This document shows, piece by piece, positions 45,751-59,025 of a stretch of DNA of 64,000 bases. The notes below the pieces were generated by a model. The model was not told the origin of the DNA. It was given only the letters and a program-made list of their open reading frames with translations, and did not search any database. Both the position numbers and the translations under genes were made by a program. Numbering within the stretch: position 1 is the first letter of the stretch; every line of letters starts with the position of its first letter. Origin of the DNA: Schizochytrium sp. TIO01 (lineage: Eukaryota; Protista; Bigyra: Labyrinthulomycetes); NCBI GenBank assembly GCA_004764695.1, contig SMSO01000014.1:2227648-2291647 (forward strand). Direction: 5' to 3'.

Positions 45751-48700
45751 GATTGAACGCTGATACCGGAGTGTAAAGCGGATGAAATAAGTACAGACAT
45801 GCATCTCATTGTCACGTACGCGTTGTCTAAACCATACAATGAAAGAAAGATCATGCTGAATGCATAGATCCCTCAGACTTCAAATTCCAAAACCCCAGAA
45901 CGTCTAAAACATATTCCAACACTCGAGAATTCAAGCGCTTAATATTGAAATGGTTCGGGCGCAAATCTTCCGTAGACAACGTGAAAGCGCTTTCTTAGTC
46001 AAACTGGCATCTCACTAAAGTGAGCTCTGAAAAAAAATATATATATAAATATATAGAACAAGATTTTAACGGTGCAACAAATTTTGATGAATCCCAATCT
46101 ATGATTTTCTGGAAAGGGGTGAATGTACTTCCATCTTGAGCGCAGTAGGTTCTTTAAAATGCTCCCATAATAATAACAATTTAACGGCTTAAATACGTCA
46201 TGCAATTAGCTGGTGAAGTGGAAGGTTTAACATAAGCTCAATCCTTCTGGAGTGACAAACTATACATATATCGGTTTTTAAGGATATAGACAACGGCACA
46301 TGAATATATCATAATCCATACCAACACCACGAGATGTCTACGGCTGAGCATCTAATTGTCTTCCTTCGAAGGAGGCGGTCTCAATCACTTTACACGAAGG
46401 AAAATTTGGCAGTATCTCTTCTTTATGTTATTTTTCATTTCATAAACAATATGTTCATACGTTATAATATCATCTGTAATTTTTAATATACAAGAGCCTT
46501 AAGGCAAATCCTTGTGTGTGTTTTGACCCATTTAATGAATCAACTTCTTGTAGCTTCTGTCTCTGGAAGAGTAAGAATGTTTGCCTCAATTGAAAGAAAG
46601 TTGTGAGAACACTGTGCAAAATTATCAATTTGAAACGATTAGAGACAAAAAATGAGCAAAGGCGCTAAGATCTCCAACCAAAGGAACTATTGGACAAGAC
46701 ATCACTAAAATTCTTGGCGTCCAAATGTAAAACCCTCCTGGTCATCGGGCTTACAATAGAGCAGGAGTAGGCAGTTAGATAAATGTGGTTGTCAGATTCA
46801 AGAACCAAAGTGTGACTACACATGACCTAGATCCACGTATGGTGTGTAACTTGAGTCGATGGTTGAAGAGGTTAAATTATCCTACACTAATCAAGCATCT
46901 CTAACACCGTTAAAAACATGTCTTAGCCTCTATAATTACTACATGGATACTTGAACCCTATAATTCATTTCCAGGACAGCCATTCGTTAACTCTTAAATT
47001 CGACCTTAATAAAGCCTTCATCAATGTTTTTTTCTTCATCTTTGCAGTCCACCTCGACCCGGCCAGAATCATCTTTATGCACAAAGTACGTGACCTATGC
47101 TTGTAGATCCTAAACTGTACACCGTTCTTTTAAGATGGTAGACTTTAATTGATACAATCTAGGCATAATATTTCTGGTATTGGCGACTACATCATTCATT
47201 AACCAAGTACCTATGAGTGCTTCCCCATTTTACAGGGATCTCGTTATTCGAGGCGAAAGGATAGACGATTAGTACAAAATAATTGGCTGGAAATTTGGCT
47301 AGAACCTGGAGGTTCTATACTCTAAAGCTTACGGAAAATACAACGAATGAGCTGAAACCAAAGCGAGTTTCAAGATGCTTTCATTAGACAGCTTTAAATG
47401 AACCAACATTTTCGTAATTGCATAAGTTTGAAGAAGAAATTAAAATTCAACCTCCATTGATTTCGCTGAACTGTAATCTATCTCCTTGCAAAACGTTGGG
47501 ATTCAAACACGGAGCTTACCGTATCGCAGCTAGCAATCACATTGCAGAATCACGTTCTTTTGTATTTATATTTCCGGCATCGTTTTGCTTACAATTGTCT
47601 GTCAGGACACCCTAGGGGCGCCATTTTTCTAGAACCATTGATTAAACATCTTGGTATTACAATACCTTGATTTCCGGCAAAGTACTGTTGACGTGAATCA
47701 AAATGTTCACAATTATCAATTTTGTACACTTCAGCATAACTGGATCAAAGACACGAGAACACAGGTCTACATGAACGAAGACAATGTCGTACAATGTAAA
47801 CGTACGTCCTAATAGCTTCAACAGGCTTCAAATTACATGCTCAAGCTTCAAGCGAATGTGCGTTTGCAATTAGAAAACCAGTTAGCTCACTCTGAGACAA
47901 AGTTCTGGTTTTCGCACATTAGTTTTCATGCTGCCCCCTTGGCAGATATTATTCTTCAAAATCTATGAGGATGTTCCCCTTTTTGCTGCTCCCCGAGGCA
48001 ATTGTTGAAGTAGAAACGGCCTATATTTTTTTCTTACTTCCAACCCGAAAGAATTCCAACACTCATCATAATGAGACTTTGGTGTAGTTTAGCCATTTTT
48101 CATGTTAAGCACCTTCTTCAGGGCTACAATACCTTGAGAATACATCTGTCCACTTTTACAAAAGCAATGCTCACAGCGCTGGCTTGTAGGTGTAGTCTGA
48201 CTTTTGGTCATATGCCACAAGTCGGTCGTGGTGCACAACCTGGTGGACTCCCATGCCATTTTCTTACGTAGCCTCCAGATCTTGACAAGGGCCTAAATAA
48301 TTACAATGTATCATCTCAATGGAATAGACTCTGGCATTTCGAGGTAATGTATTCATACCAACTTGAGGCCGGACTGTGCATTGAAACTAGCTTAGGCTTC
48401 GTGCTCCAAGTAAGCTTGCCGCTGGAATCGCCACGTTCCTCAGAGCGAGAAGCGTTGTTTGTTCAACCTCCGAACCGTTCTTCCCCTTCCCTGTCGTGCT
48501 GCCATCGTCCATGCTGACGTTTAGATCGAGCGCTTCATAAGCATCGTGTTTGTCGATTTTCTAATTTGTTTAATTTTATTCTTCTTCTTATTAGTTTGCC
48601 ATCTTGACACTCCTATAAAACATCATCTTCAACAACACACACGCACATCTTGTTCTGAATGAAGTCTGCACGAATTGGCTCCGTCTGGAGGTGTGTAGGT

Positions 48701-51700
48701 TCTCGATTCTCTGCATTTATTCCCGTTCGTTTTCGTGCACCTGGCTAGTCCTCCTAGTTCCCTACTTCGTGCCTTGTGTTTGTCTTCAAGTTGCCATCAT
48801 GATTGCCGTGTAGGAATAGGAAGGATGCTGTCGACCGCGACCTTTTGAATCCTGTTCCTCAAATAGCTCAACTCTTGCACCCGTTTGGAAGGGAAACTAT
48901 GAATGAGGCGAGCCGGGATGCCTATAACGCTCGGTCTTTTTAATAGCATTTAACTATTTTTATTTAGTTCTTCCATTAAATAAAGTATGGTAAAGAGCAT
49001 TAAAAAAAATAATGAGTTTAAATTTTATAAATAAAGAATGATGATGAACTTGACTTGCTTGAAGAACTCTTGAAATGTGATAGAAACGTAAGAAGGGATT
49101 GATTCGATAAACGACCATGCGCAGGTCCAATGTTAAACGGGGCAGGAGATCGAATCGACACAAGATCAATACGAAGGATAAGAGAACAACGAACACATGT
49201 AAGTATGGGTCGGCAGGGGCTAATCCATCTATAAAATACGAGTCAATGGTAACTTAGCCTCCAGTTTCATACGTAGAGGAAGGCTCAAAGCATTCTAGAT
49301 TCCTTTTATTTAATACCTCGGTAGGTAGGTGTAAAATCTGGCCCAGCTTTCTTGATGGGAGGAGGCAAAAGTTGCCAGTTTAGCAGAAGCCATCGCAATG
49401 GTTGAGTTCACTCTGCGATGTTGCGACGACGGCTGCGAAGGTCTCAGAAACGGGCTCTGCTCGAATCGAGTTATCACTGATTGCCTTTGCGCCTCCATTT
49501 CAGCACAGCAGACCCCATCACCCGAATATTCTTTCTTCGGCACAGCTCACCTCACCTCACCCCGAAGCTTATGCTTTGCAATATACATACATCATACTTC
49601 ATAATGTGTGTGTGCGAGAGATAGAGAGAGAGAGAAAACCGCCCTCTTCGGATGGAGCTGCAGAAAGAAGATCCTTGGTCTTGGGCGCCTTCACGTGCTT
49701 TGAAGCCAGCCCTCTGTTGCTGCAGAAAACCGGTTGTATCTGACTGATTACCTGGAACGCAACGAGGGATTGGTTGCTTCGGCTTGGCAAGTTGAAAGGC
49801 TCTAGATTCGAGACTGTGCTCGAAGCTTCCCGCGCAAGAAGCAACTGAAAGGCGCTTTTGCAGCTATTCTTATAGACAAATAAATGTTCATTACTCATTT
49901 CTTTCCTTCAATTAAAACTATAATAAAAAATAAAAAATAAAAAATAAAAAATAAAATGGAAACAACTTCAAAAAAAATAAAATGAAAGTAAGGCGGACTA
50001 AGCCTTATATCCAGCGAAACTGTTAGGCATATCCCGCATCGTTACTAAGCTGCCCTGCAGTTAGCGCGTGCCTAGCCAGGCATACATACATACCCATCAC
50101 CTACCTCCTCGCTAACAGCACGAGCGGCGCTGAGTCCCCTCTATTTTCAGGAGGGTGTGTGCTACATAGCAACTGAGCTTGTCTCCAGAAGGGTCACAGC
50201 GAACGTAGTCAGTCGCCTGAGGTTCCAGCCCCGCGTCTCAGCGCTCGCTCTCTTTTTGGGCGCCCATGTATTGATTGGCTCACTCCTCACTCTCTCTCTC
50301 TCTCTCTCCCACACACTCACCCAGTCACTCAGCCAGTCGTCAGTTCGATCGTTCGATCGTTTGCCCATTCTTGAAGTTGGCGAACGTTCGTTTGGGCTGC
50401 AGACCTAAGCAACTCAGGGCGACATATTGTGCCGCAAAGCGCCGCGATGTGCCGTTTCATGGGCACCGAAGGCGTCGAGCGCTGGTGTGCTTGTTTTCCC
50501 GATCGAACGGCGCTGGGCTCGAGGCCGCGAAGAAGAGGACCAAGGAAGAAGGCCCCCGAAGGCGAGGTGCCGCTTCTCCAGAAAGACAGGCCTAAGAAGG
50601 GCTTCGACGATGGTCATGTCATGTCCTGTCATGTCATGTCATGATATGGTCATCACGATCGTCTGATTCTGCACGGAGAGCCGTCCAAAACGATGCGGAA
50701 GGGACAGGAGCTGTAGGTCAGAGGGGGCCTTAGCGGAAAGCGCGAAAGGGAAGGACATGGAGGTTGAACATAAAGCTGGAAGAAGAGGGAGGCGGCCATG
50801 AGAACTTGGATCAGTGGCCACTGGATAATCATTGGACGTTAATTATATTTAATGTTTTTTTGAATAAATTAAGATTATATGTCGATGTCATTTGATAAAT
50901 AAAATAATTATTGTAAATCAGGGGAGGAGGCGGTAAAGGAAAGGTGTTCTAGCAGTACTTCCTCAATGAGTGGGGTCGCTTGGCCAAACAAGCAGTTAGA
51001 CTTATGATAGGCAGCTCTGGAGCCGAAAATCTCAGTAGTACTGTAGGTGCTTTCTTTCTCCTGAAGAAAGCAATATTTATATATACATACACATATATTT
51101 CTAAATATAAAACTATACATGCCTGCCTACCTACCTACCTACCTACCTACCGTTATCGCGGCGTAACAAGAAAAAGAAAAAGAAAGAGAAAGAGAAAGAG
51201 AAAGAAAAGTCACTTTGTGCAAGACTCCAAAGAGGTGAAATCCTCGACAAACATAGGTCGCAGTACAAATAAATACACATCAATTCGAGTGACTGGCTTC
51301 AAGCTTTGAAGACTTCAAGTTGACACGCTTTACAGAGTTCACTCAAAGTTTCCCCAAAGTCTCCCTCGTTTTATTCTCCAAATATCGTCGGGCGAGCGAT
51401 AAGAAGAGAAAGTAGTCGCAGTTATCGGGCTCCTTCCTGCCTACCTACTGATGAATGGCCATCGTGCCTCAATCTAGCTAGAGTCGATTGGTTGGATTGA
51501 GAGCACTTTCCTCGTTTGGATGAACGACGACTTCACAAGTCCAACAGGGGTGGAAACTCATGGAATCGAAGGATAGATTGAGGGCGCTCGATCGCGTTGA
51601 TCTCTTTGTAAGTAAGTGCCTAAGGCTGTCGGCACTCCTGCTCTCGTAGTTGTGTTTTCGCTAATGATGACGACTTTGCTTCATGCACTGGCCAAGTGAA

Positions 51701-53795
51701 GTTGAAGAAGAACCTGTCGAGCCAGGATGATCATGATATCATGAGTCATGAGTCGTGAGTTCTGACGATAGGAAGGCAATTTTGAGGCCAGTGGCTATCT
51801 ATCCCTTTGTTGTTCGTTGTCGTGGCTTGAAACCTTTGCACAAGGCCGCCCAAAGCCTGCCTTGTTTATGATGCCATCGGGATCGATCTCTTCAGGTTCC
51901 TCCACCAGTCTTATCTTAAAACAGAGAAATAGCGAGTGGCAGGCAAACCGCCGTCGTCGCCGATGACGAGATAAGCGAAAGTACCTGCACTCCCAAATCG
52001 CTGGCTGCGCATTTAGACATCATTCATTGCCTTCGTTCGCCACGCACGCGATGGTGTGATTTTGGGGAGAACGTCAAATCAAGAATGACTCTCAAGACTT
52101 GATGATTGTTCGACAAGCTTCAGTTGAGTTCCACGCATGCATGCTTGGGCCAACTTCGAGACGCCATGTCCAGCGCCAGCGGAATGGAATTAGACAGCGC
52201 GCGTATCTATCATTCGCTCGCTTACGTGCTTCGTTTCAAGTTGCAAACGGCCGCCACTCGTTCAAGCTGTAGGTACACCGAGAGCAGGAGACAGCGCTAC
52301 CCATGAGTGGGTGGGTGGGTGGGTACCTATGATATTCATTCATTCATTCGCACGCACAAACGAAATCGCAGAGCAACGAAGAGAGAGGAGACCAATCGAG
52401 CCAAGCCTCGAGCGAGGTTGACTCGAGGGAGACGGAGTTTAAGGAGCACTTTAGGCTGCCAAGGGTGTGGTGCACCAGAATGATTTGATTGTATTTATTT
52501 GCACACGCCGCGAAGTCCAACCAAAAACCTTGGAAAGGTTCAGGTATAAAGCCTGCTTTAATTTAGTTGGTACTTGAGCGATTTTGGAAATAAACTCTGA
52601 ATACACAATCATGAAAACAATAAATGAAAGAAGAGAAAATTAAAAAAGGCCTTTGAAATGCAATTCGTTGAAAATTGAATTCGCTCCTTTGCCTCATTGC
52701 AGTGTGGCGCTGGTGGCGATGAAGGGAGCGGGTGCTGCCAGAATCGCCCTCCACGCGGGCAATCGTGGACGACCAACTAGAATGCAGAGTTCCGAAGAGT
52801 TAGCTGTCTCAGTGAAATTTGCATTAAGGTCATGAGTGCGAAGGTTTTTTTGACGACTTACAGAAGTAAGTAATCTACGAGTTCAAGCGGGAATGGCGAT
52901 TCTTGATTTGATTGATCATCGCTGGCATGACGTGTTGACGCAAAGGCATCCGCGCAACCAGCTCGAACTCGAGGCGGTAATTGCCTCCCGCGCTATTGGC
53001 AAGGCATTTCGAGCTCGGGCGTACGCATTACAGGCGGCACTTCAGAATCTCAGAGCCGCAAATATCCCGCCACAGACGTGCTCCTTCCTCCTCACTCACT
53101 CACTCCTCACTCACTCACACGAAGCCGCCTGTGATGACGCGTTGTTCTGCGGAACCCAAAATGGCCATGCGCCTTCCATCGACTGCAATTCGCTCAATTC
53201 ACGGCGCTTCTTTCCATGTGTCCAAGCTTTCTGGTGCCGGCCTGCCTCGAGAAACAATCTAAGCGCATGCCGGTGGCGCGGCGCGAAGCACGGCACAGCA
53301 GACCTTCCTTCGTTCGCAGGAGAGCGTTGCAGCTCCAGCCGAACACGCGAGTGAGTCGTGGAGGCATTGTGTGTGTATGTATGTATGTATCTATGTATGC
53401 ATGCATGGGCGCAACTTGAGCGAGACTTCGCGCGTGCACTGACTGACTGCCTGAACGAGTCAGTGGGATGTGGAAACGGTCGTTTGCGTAACCAGCAGCG
53501 TTGGCTTGTAACGTTACAGGCCGTCTGCTTGCCCGAAGAGCCCTCTGTGCCTCCACCTCCATGCGATGCTGGCTGGCTGGCTAGTCATCAATATCAAAAT
53601 GTCAATCAATCCATCGCAAGTACCAAGTCAGCCCTAACTAACTAAGTCGTTGAGGCCATCTTAATTTCCGATCAAACACCGCTGCCGCAACGGCAATGCC
53701 CTCCGAGTCGAACCTAAGCTTGGACTTTGAGATGCAGCTGAAGATGGCCAAAGAGCAATGCATAAATGCTGTTGGTACATTTATGTATATATAGT

Positions 53796-53893
53796 GAATT
53801 GAATTGAATTGAATTGAATTGAATTGAATTGAATTGAATTGAATTGAATTGAATTGAATTGAATCGAATCGAATCGAATTGAATTGAATTGAA
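53796..53893. repeat. (GAATT)n pentanucleotide microsatellite with three GAATC variants
   Basis: Read directly. Confidence 0.97.
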
Positions 53894-54282
53894 GCAGAGC
53901 AAGTAAAACTAAAGGTAGTCGAGTAAACTATTCAATCGAAGAGAGTGAGCGCTCCAAGTTTTGCTTTGCTGCAGGACCAGATTTCTGCCTTAGCTCTTTC
54001 TGTAGCCGAGACAGTAGAAACCTGCCTGGCCCACTTCGGAGTGATTCGTTGCCTTTCTTTGTCTTCGCCTTCGACGTCCTCGCGGTTTGAGATAACTTGC
54101 TTATTACGCATCGCCACTGCCATCGCGGAATGGGCTATGAACAATTATAGCTACTCAGCGAGAACTTTTCAACCTTCTGAAGAGAAAAAGAGAAACAGCA
54201 TCTTTGGTCGTCAACTAACTTGACGAAGGAAGCTTTTCATTCGCAAAAAGAAAAAGAAAGGGAAAAGAAAGGAAAGAAAAGG

Positions 54283-54337
<55 letters not shown>
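54283..54337. repeat. (TTTC)n microsatellite preceded by a purine-only tract
   Basis: Read directly. Confidence 0.93.
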
Positions 54338-55490
54338 CGCTTCAACTTCGAGCCAACAAGTCGCCGGTATGATACCCCCCACCTCTCCATGCGCAAGACC
54401 GACAGACTGTTTCGCAATTCTCCCACAGCTGCGGCTCGGACATGGACTTCCTCTCTCTCTCTCCCTCATAATCTCCCACTGCGAAGAAAATAGTGGAAAA
54501 CGATCACTTGTTTGCAAACTAAAAAATATGATCCCTGATGGTTTGCTTGTTTATTTATTTATGAGTTGCGCTGCCACGACGGGCAAGACCTCGAGCTCTT
54601 TGTGGCTCGGCAGGCCTATGATACGCGTGCTTCGAGGCGCGAAAGGGGGTCCTCGGTGCCCGACAGGCAGCCTCTCTGCGAGCGCCCCCAGCTTGAGCTG
54701 CCGCAAACATGCCATGCATGAGAAGGACCAGCCAACCAAACCAAACAGAGCCCAAGACGCCGAGACGTCAAAAGGCGTTACGAAACGTCGCTTGCGCGTC
54801 CGTTTTGCGCGTGGGTGATTCAGCTCCCCGGGATGCTAAGAGGAGGTTTGCTTGCTTGTTTATTTATTCATTCATTCATTTGTTTATCGATTTAGCTATT
54901 TAGTTAGTTATTTATCACAGCAAGATGTTTAACTTTTTCCCGCGCCTTTGAGCAGAGCGGCACTTCCGTCGCGCCTGTGCTTCTGACTCGACGCCTTAGA
55001 CTTTGGCGGCTTTGCTGCTTCGCTGCTTCTTCGCTGCTTTGCATGGAAGCCGGGTGGTCTGCGGCGGTGCTTGGAGGGGCCACAGGGCTCCTCTGCGGAG
55101 AGAGAGCATCAGAAAAGGGACCCTTGCGCGGCAAGACAGCCAAAGTTCCGTGTGTAGTCCCGGCTTGGAGTTCAAAGTTCGCTGCGACTTTGGATTTCCA
55201 TACTTAGGTACCGATAGTTTTCAGTTTTTAGTTTTTGTTATTTGTTGTTTGTTATTTTTTTTTAAATTGTTTTTAATTGTGGAAACTAAATCAATAATTA
55301 AAATTAAAATTGAAATTGAAAAGGTGCACGAAGAAAAAACTAAAAGCGACTTTTAGCAGCTACGGCAACTTTTTATTATAAGTTTTAGAATGATAGTTTA
55401 GAACTAGAACTCCTCCACTCAGTTATCTCATCCTTTCGTTTCTTTCATTGACCCCTACATCGACTGCAGGAGACCGCTTCTTCGTTTACT

Positions 55491-55573
55491 ATTCATTCAT
55501 TCATTCATTCATTCATTCATTCATTCATTCATTCATTCATTCATTCATTCATTCATTCATTCATTCATTCATT
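55491..55573. repeat. (ATTC)n microsatellite, ~20 units
   Basis: Read directly. Confidence 0.98.
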
Positions 55574-56636
55574 TACTATTCATTCAAGCTAACTTTCTCC
55601 CGTCCGGTAGTCAAAAGCGAGGGGTTTGGCTGCGAACGCAACGGGAGACCACTGGCCTGGGTCCCTTCTGAGGAAAAGAAGGCAGGCTAGAACAATGACC
55701 AATAATGAACGGCAGGACTTCGTTTCAGGCCACCTTTCCGATCTCTCAAGCGCCGCTTCTTGTGTTGTTGAGGCCCCCTCCTTGGACCACATACACAGCA
55801 GAGGACATGAGCTGACCAGAAAGTGCTTGGTGCCGCTGTTAAGCGACATGGCCCCATCAGTGCAATTCTTCACACTAAAGCAGACTGACAGGGAACAGAA
55901 CAGGGTCTCGCAGGCCTTAGTTAAGGAAAGTAGAATGCGCCATCGCTGTTGGGCGGTACGAAGGGAAGAGCTAAGCATGCCTTCGAAACTGAGTGTTTCC
56001 TTCGAGGGAATGCTGCAGAAAGCCCGAGGGACCCGGACCCGCTTTGGAGCTTTGGCCCACGAGTTGAGTTCTGGCGTTGGTCGAGGTCGATCATCGAAGA
56101 GGCGACTGACTAGCTAGGGAAACAATGAATGAAGTTGACGTTGTCGGAGGTATCTTGTCTTAATTGTCATAAATCACTGCGTTTTTGTTTTTGTTTTTGT
56201 TTTGTTTTGTTTCTGGTTTTGTTCCTTTTGCTTTTGCTTTTCAATTTGAGACTAAGGTTAGTTTTGGTGCAGTCTTCCTTATCATACATTAGAGAGAGGA
56301 AGAGACAGAGAGATTAAGTTCTTTTCTAAGAGGAAGACATTTAATAATTTTTAATACTTAATTTTTATTAAGTATTCTAAAAGAAAGTGAACTGTAACTT
56401 TTAAAGTTAGAAAATTATGTCCAAGTGTGCCGTCAGCAAAACTAGAATAGAGCTGCAGCCACATCAAGCAAGGCACAAGGGTGCCTGAGACAGATCCTCA
56501 ACAGGACTCGTCCAAAAAAACTAGCAGCGTCTATTGGATATTTTCTTGTGGCTGCTTAAGATCAGGACAGCTGATAAGTTGCTGTTGCTACTGCCTCTAG
56601 GTTGTTAAGCAGCAACTTCTCTTCTCAGACAAAACT

Positions 56637-58325
56637 ATGGTGCCAGACGGCAAAGGTGTGGTGGCAGAAGCGCCTGAAGATTTACGCAGCAAAACTGCGG
56701 CAGCAGGACCAACGAATTCCTTTGCAGCAAGGAGTGACTCTAGCATGGACGACGACTTAGTGCAAAGCCAGTACCAGGATCATGCATCTAGTTCCAACTC
56801 AAAACAGCCTTCACACAGCACTCCACATGAGGAGCTTAGTGAGCCCTCGCTGGCTGACTTCACTCGAGTTGAAGCTGAGAATTCCTCAGACTCTGAAGAG
56901 GCAAATGACTCCTCTTCATCGCCCAACAACAACGACACCCCAGAGGATGATGGCCTTCTGCCCATGGAGGGCAAATGGGCCTGGGTGAACGTCCTCGGCA
57001 GCTTTTTGACTCAATTCATCTGCCTTGGAAACATGTACGCAGTCAGCGTTTTTTTCACAAGGTACCTCGAATATTACCCAGAAGTCGGTGTTGCCGATGT
57101 TTCCTTGATTTACCAACTTCAAGTGGCTCTTTTTATGGCGGGTGGTTTCGTTTCCGGACGTGTATCAGATCAGGTGGGCATCAAGCCGGTTTTCATCTTT
57201 GGTCTTGTCTTCTATGCTGCAGGTTTGCTTCTCGCATCCTTTGCAGTTGAACTTTGGCAGACTATTGTATGCCACGGACTTCTTGTTGGTTTGGGACATG
57301 GTGCTCTATACTGGCCTGCAATTAGCGTAATCCCAATGTGGTTTGAGAAGCGTCGTGCTCTTGCCCTTGGCATTTGTGTGTTTGGCGGTGGTATTGGCAA
57401 CTTTGTCATGGGCGTCGTTGTTGAGGACTTACTGGATAAAGGTGGCTTCCGTTTTGCCCTTCGTATCATTCTGATCTACAGCATTGTGGTTCTTTTTCTT
57501 GCCATGTTTTGCCTCAAGCGCAGGCTACCGAATATCAAGCACACAACTTGGTGCTTCGATTTTGCGCTCTTTCGTGACCGCAACTGGGTCCTCTTTGCTG
57601 CAGCGTCAATGTTCTTCCAATGTGCATATAACTTGCCCTTTGCAGCACTTGCAACGTACTGTGAAAGTCAGGGTCATGATTCTACCTTTGCTGCGTTCGC
57701 TGTTGGAGCCATTGGTATCGGTAGTGCCATTGGCCGCATCAGTCTTGGTGTTGTTGCTGACTATCTTGGTAGAGTTCGCACATTTCAAGGTCTCATTTGG
57801 GGAACAGCCGCAGCTTTGCTCATTTGGAACGCATGTACTAGTCAAGGAGCCATTCTATTCTTTGCCATTTACTTTGGTTTTGTCAGTGGAGGTTTCATTG
57901 CGCTCATGCCTGCAGTTACGGCATACTTCTATGGCGTTCACCAGCTTGGTACCGTAATGGGCAGCTTTGTACTTTTCCTCGTTCCTGGATCCTTTGTTGG
58001 TCCTTATGTTGCAGGTGCGCTTTATGATAACAGTGGCACCTACTGGGTTGCTATTTGGATTTTTGCAGCAGTGGAAGTTATTGCTGCCATCATCTTCTCA
58101 TTTTTGGACCTTACGGACACCTACGAAGCCAAACTTGCTAGAGCAGCCGCCTCTTCTGAGGACAGCACAGACCCCGAGTCGGGTGTTAGACACTTTGACT
58201 CTGGCTCTGATGTTGCATCTACACCTGAAAGCCCTCGTGCACAGAAGTCCTCAAGTGCCAAAAAACGCAACACGCCTAAGCATGATGATGAAATCGAGGA
58301 GGCAACCATCATTGCACAAGTGTAA
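56637..58325 (+). CDS. MFS transporter, monocarboxylate porter (MCT/SLC16) family
   Basis: PMEGKWAWVNVLGSF (MCT N-terminal motif), about 12 hydrophobic helices, motif A GRVSDQVG and GVVADYLGR, WFEKRRALALG, GPYVAGALYD. Confidence 0.93.
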   Translation: MVPDGKGVVAEAPEDLRSKTAAAGPTNSFAARSDSSMDDDLVQSQYQDHASSSNSKQPSHSTPHEELSEPSLADFTRVEAENSSDSEEANDSSSSPNNNDTPEDDGLLPMEGKWAWVNVLGSFLTQFICLGNMYAVSVFFTRYLEYYPEVGVADVSLIYQLQVALFMAGGFVSGRVSDQVGIKPVFIFGLVFYAAGLLLASFAVELWQTIVCHGLLVGLGHGALYWPAISVIPMWFEKRRALALGICVFGGGIGNFVMGVVVEDLLDKGGFRFALRIILIYSIVVLFLAMFCLKRRLPNIKHTTWCFDFALFRDRNWVLFAAASMFFQCAYNLPFAALATYCESQGHDSTFAAFAVGAIGIGSAIGRISLGVVADYLGRVRTFQGLIWGTAAALLIWNACTSQGAILFFAIYFGFVSGGFIALMPAVTAYFYGVHQLGTVMGSFVLFLVPGSFVGPYVAGALYDNSGTYWVAIWIFAAVEVIAAIIFSFLDLTDTYEAKLARAAASSEDSTDPESGVRHFDSGSDVASTPESPRAQKSSSAKKRNTPKHDDEIEEATIIAQV

Positions 58326-58607
58326 TAAAAGGTTTCTGAACTGGCTATCTTATTACATTTGGGAAATACGCATGTCAACAGAAATGCTCCTTCTGACCTT
58401 TCAAGTTTAAATCCGACTTAGAAGTCTCTGTCGTGCTGCAAACCTCGTGGGAGCCTACTTAGGCATCTCCCGTTTCAGTGGTTCTACCCAATTCTTCTGA
58501 TGCATATTCAACGATGTAGTGGACCATATTCGAATGTATATTATATATCTGCGTTTTAACCACTTTTCTCTTCAGGATTCTGGCATTGACTATACTGTGC
58601 TGGTTTT

Positions 58608-58653
<46 letters not shown>
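58608..58653. repeat. (GCTT)n microsatellite between the convergent MFS and myosin genes
   Basis: Read directly. Confidence 0.95.
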
Positions 58654-59025
58654 CACCTGCTTGTTTAATTCCTCCATCTAGCGTTATCTACTAGCTTGTC
58701 TCTATTCCACCTTACTTCCTTCAGCTTAGTTAATCCTGAAGCGAAAAATGGGGAACAAGTACTTCTGACCGAAATCTAATCTGAAATTAGAAATATAGCT
58801 TTGCGTACAGAAATCATAGAAATCGTGATTGGTCTCAGGTATAGAAAAATTTCACAAATTTGCATTTTTGACGTTTTAGAGAAATTAAAGAAGAAACTGA
58901 TTGCGAAAGCTTGAATGAATGAATTTATGTAAATGTATGTATGTGGCAATTAAAACGTTTGCAGATGAACCCAATGCTTTGGTGTAAGCCAACATAAGCC
59001 TACAAAGGGATAAAGGTGCTTCCAT

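Noticed and set aside
17241-55573. Tandem arrays considered as CRISPR-like or coding repeats
   Set aside because: They are simple microsatellites without spacers. ORFs spanning them (IHSF, HTYI, NSIQF repeats) are artefacts.
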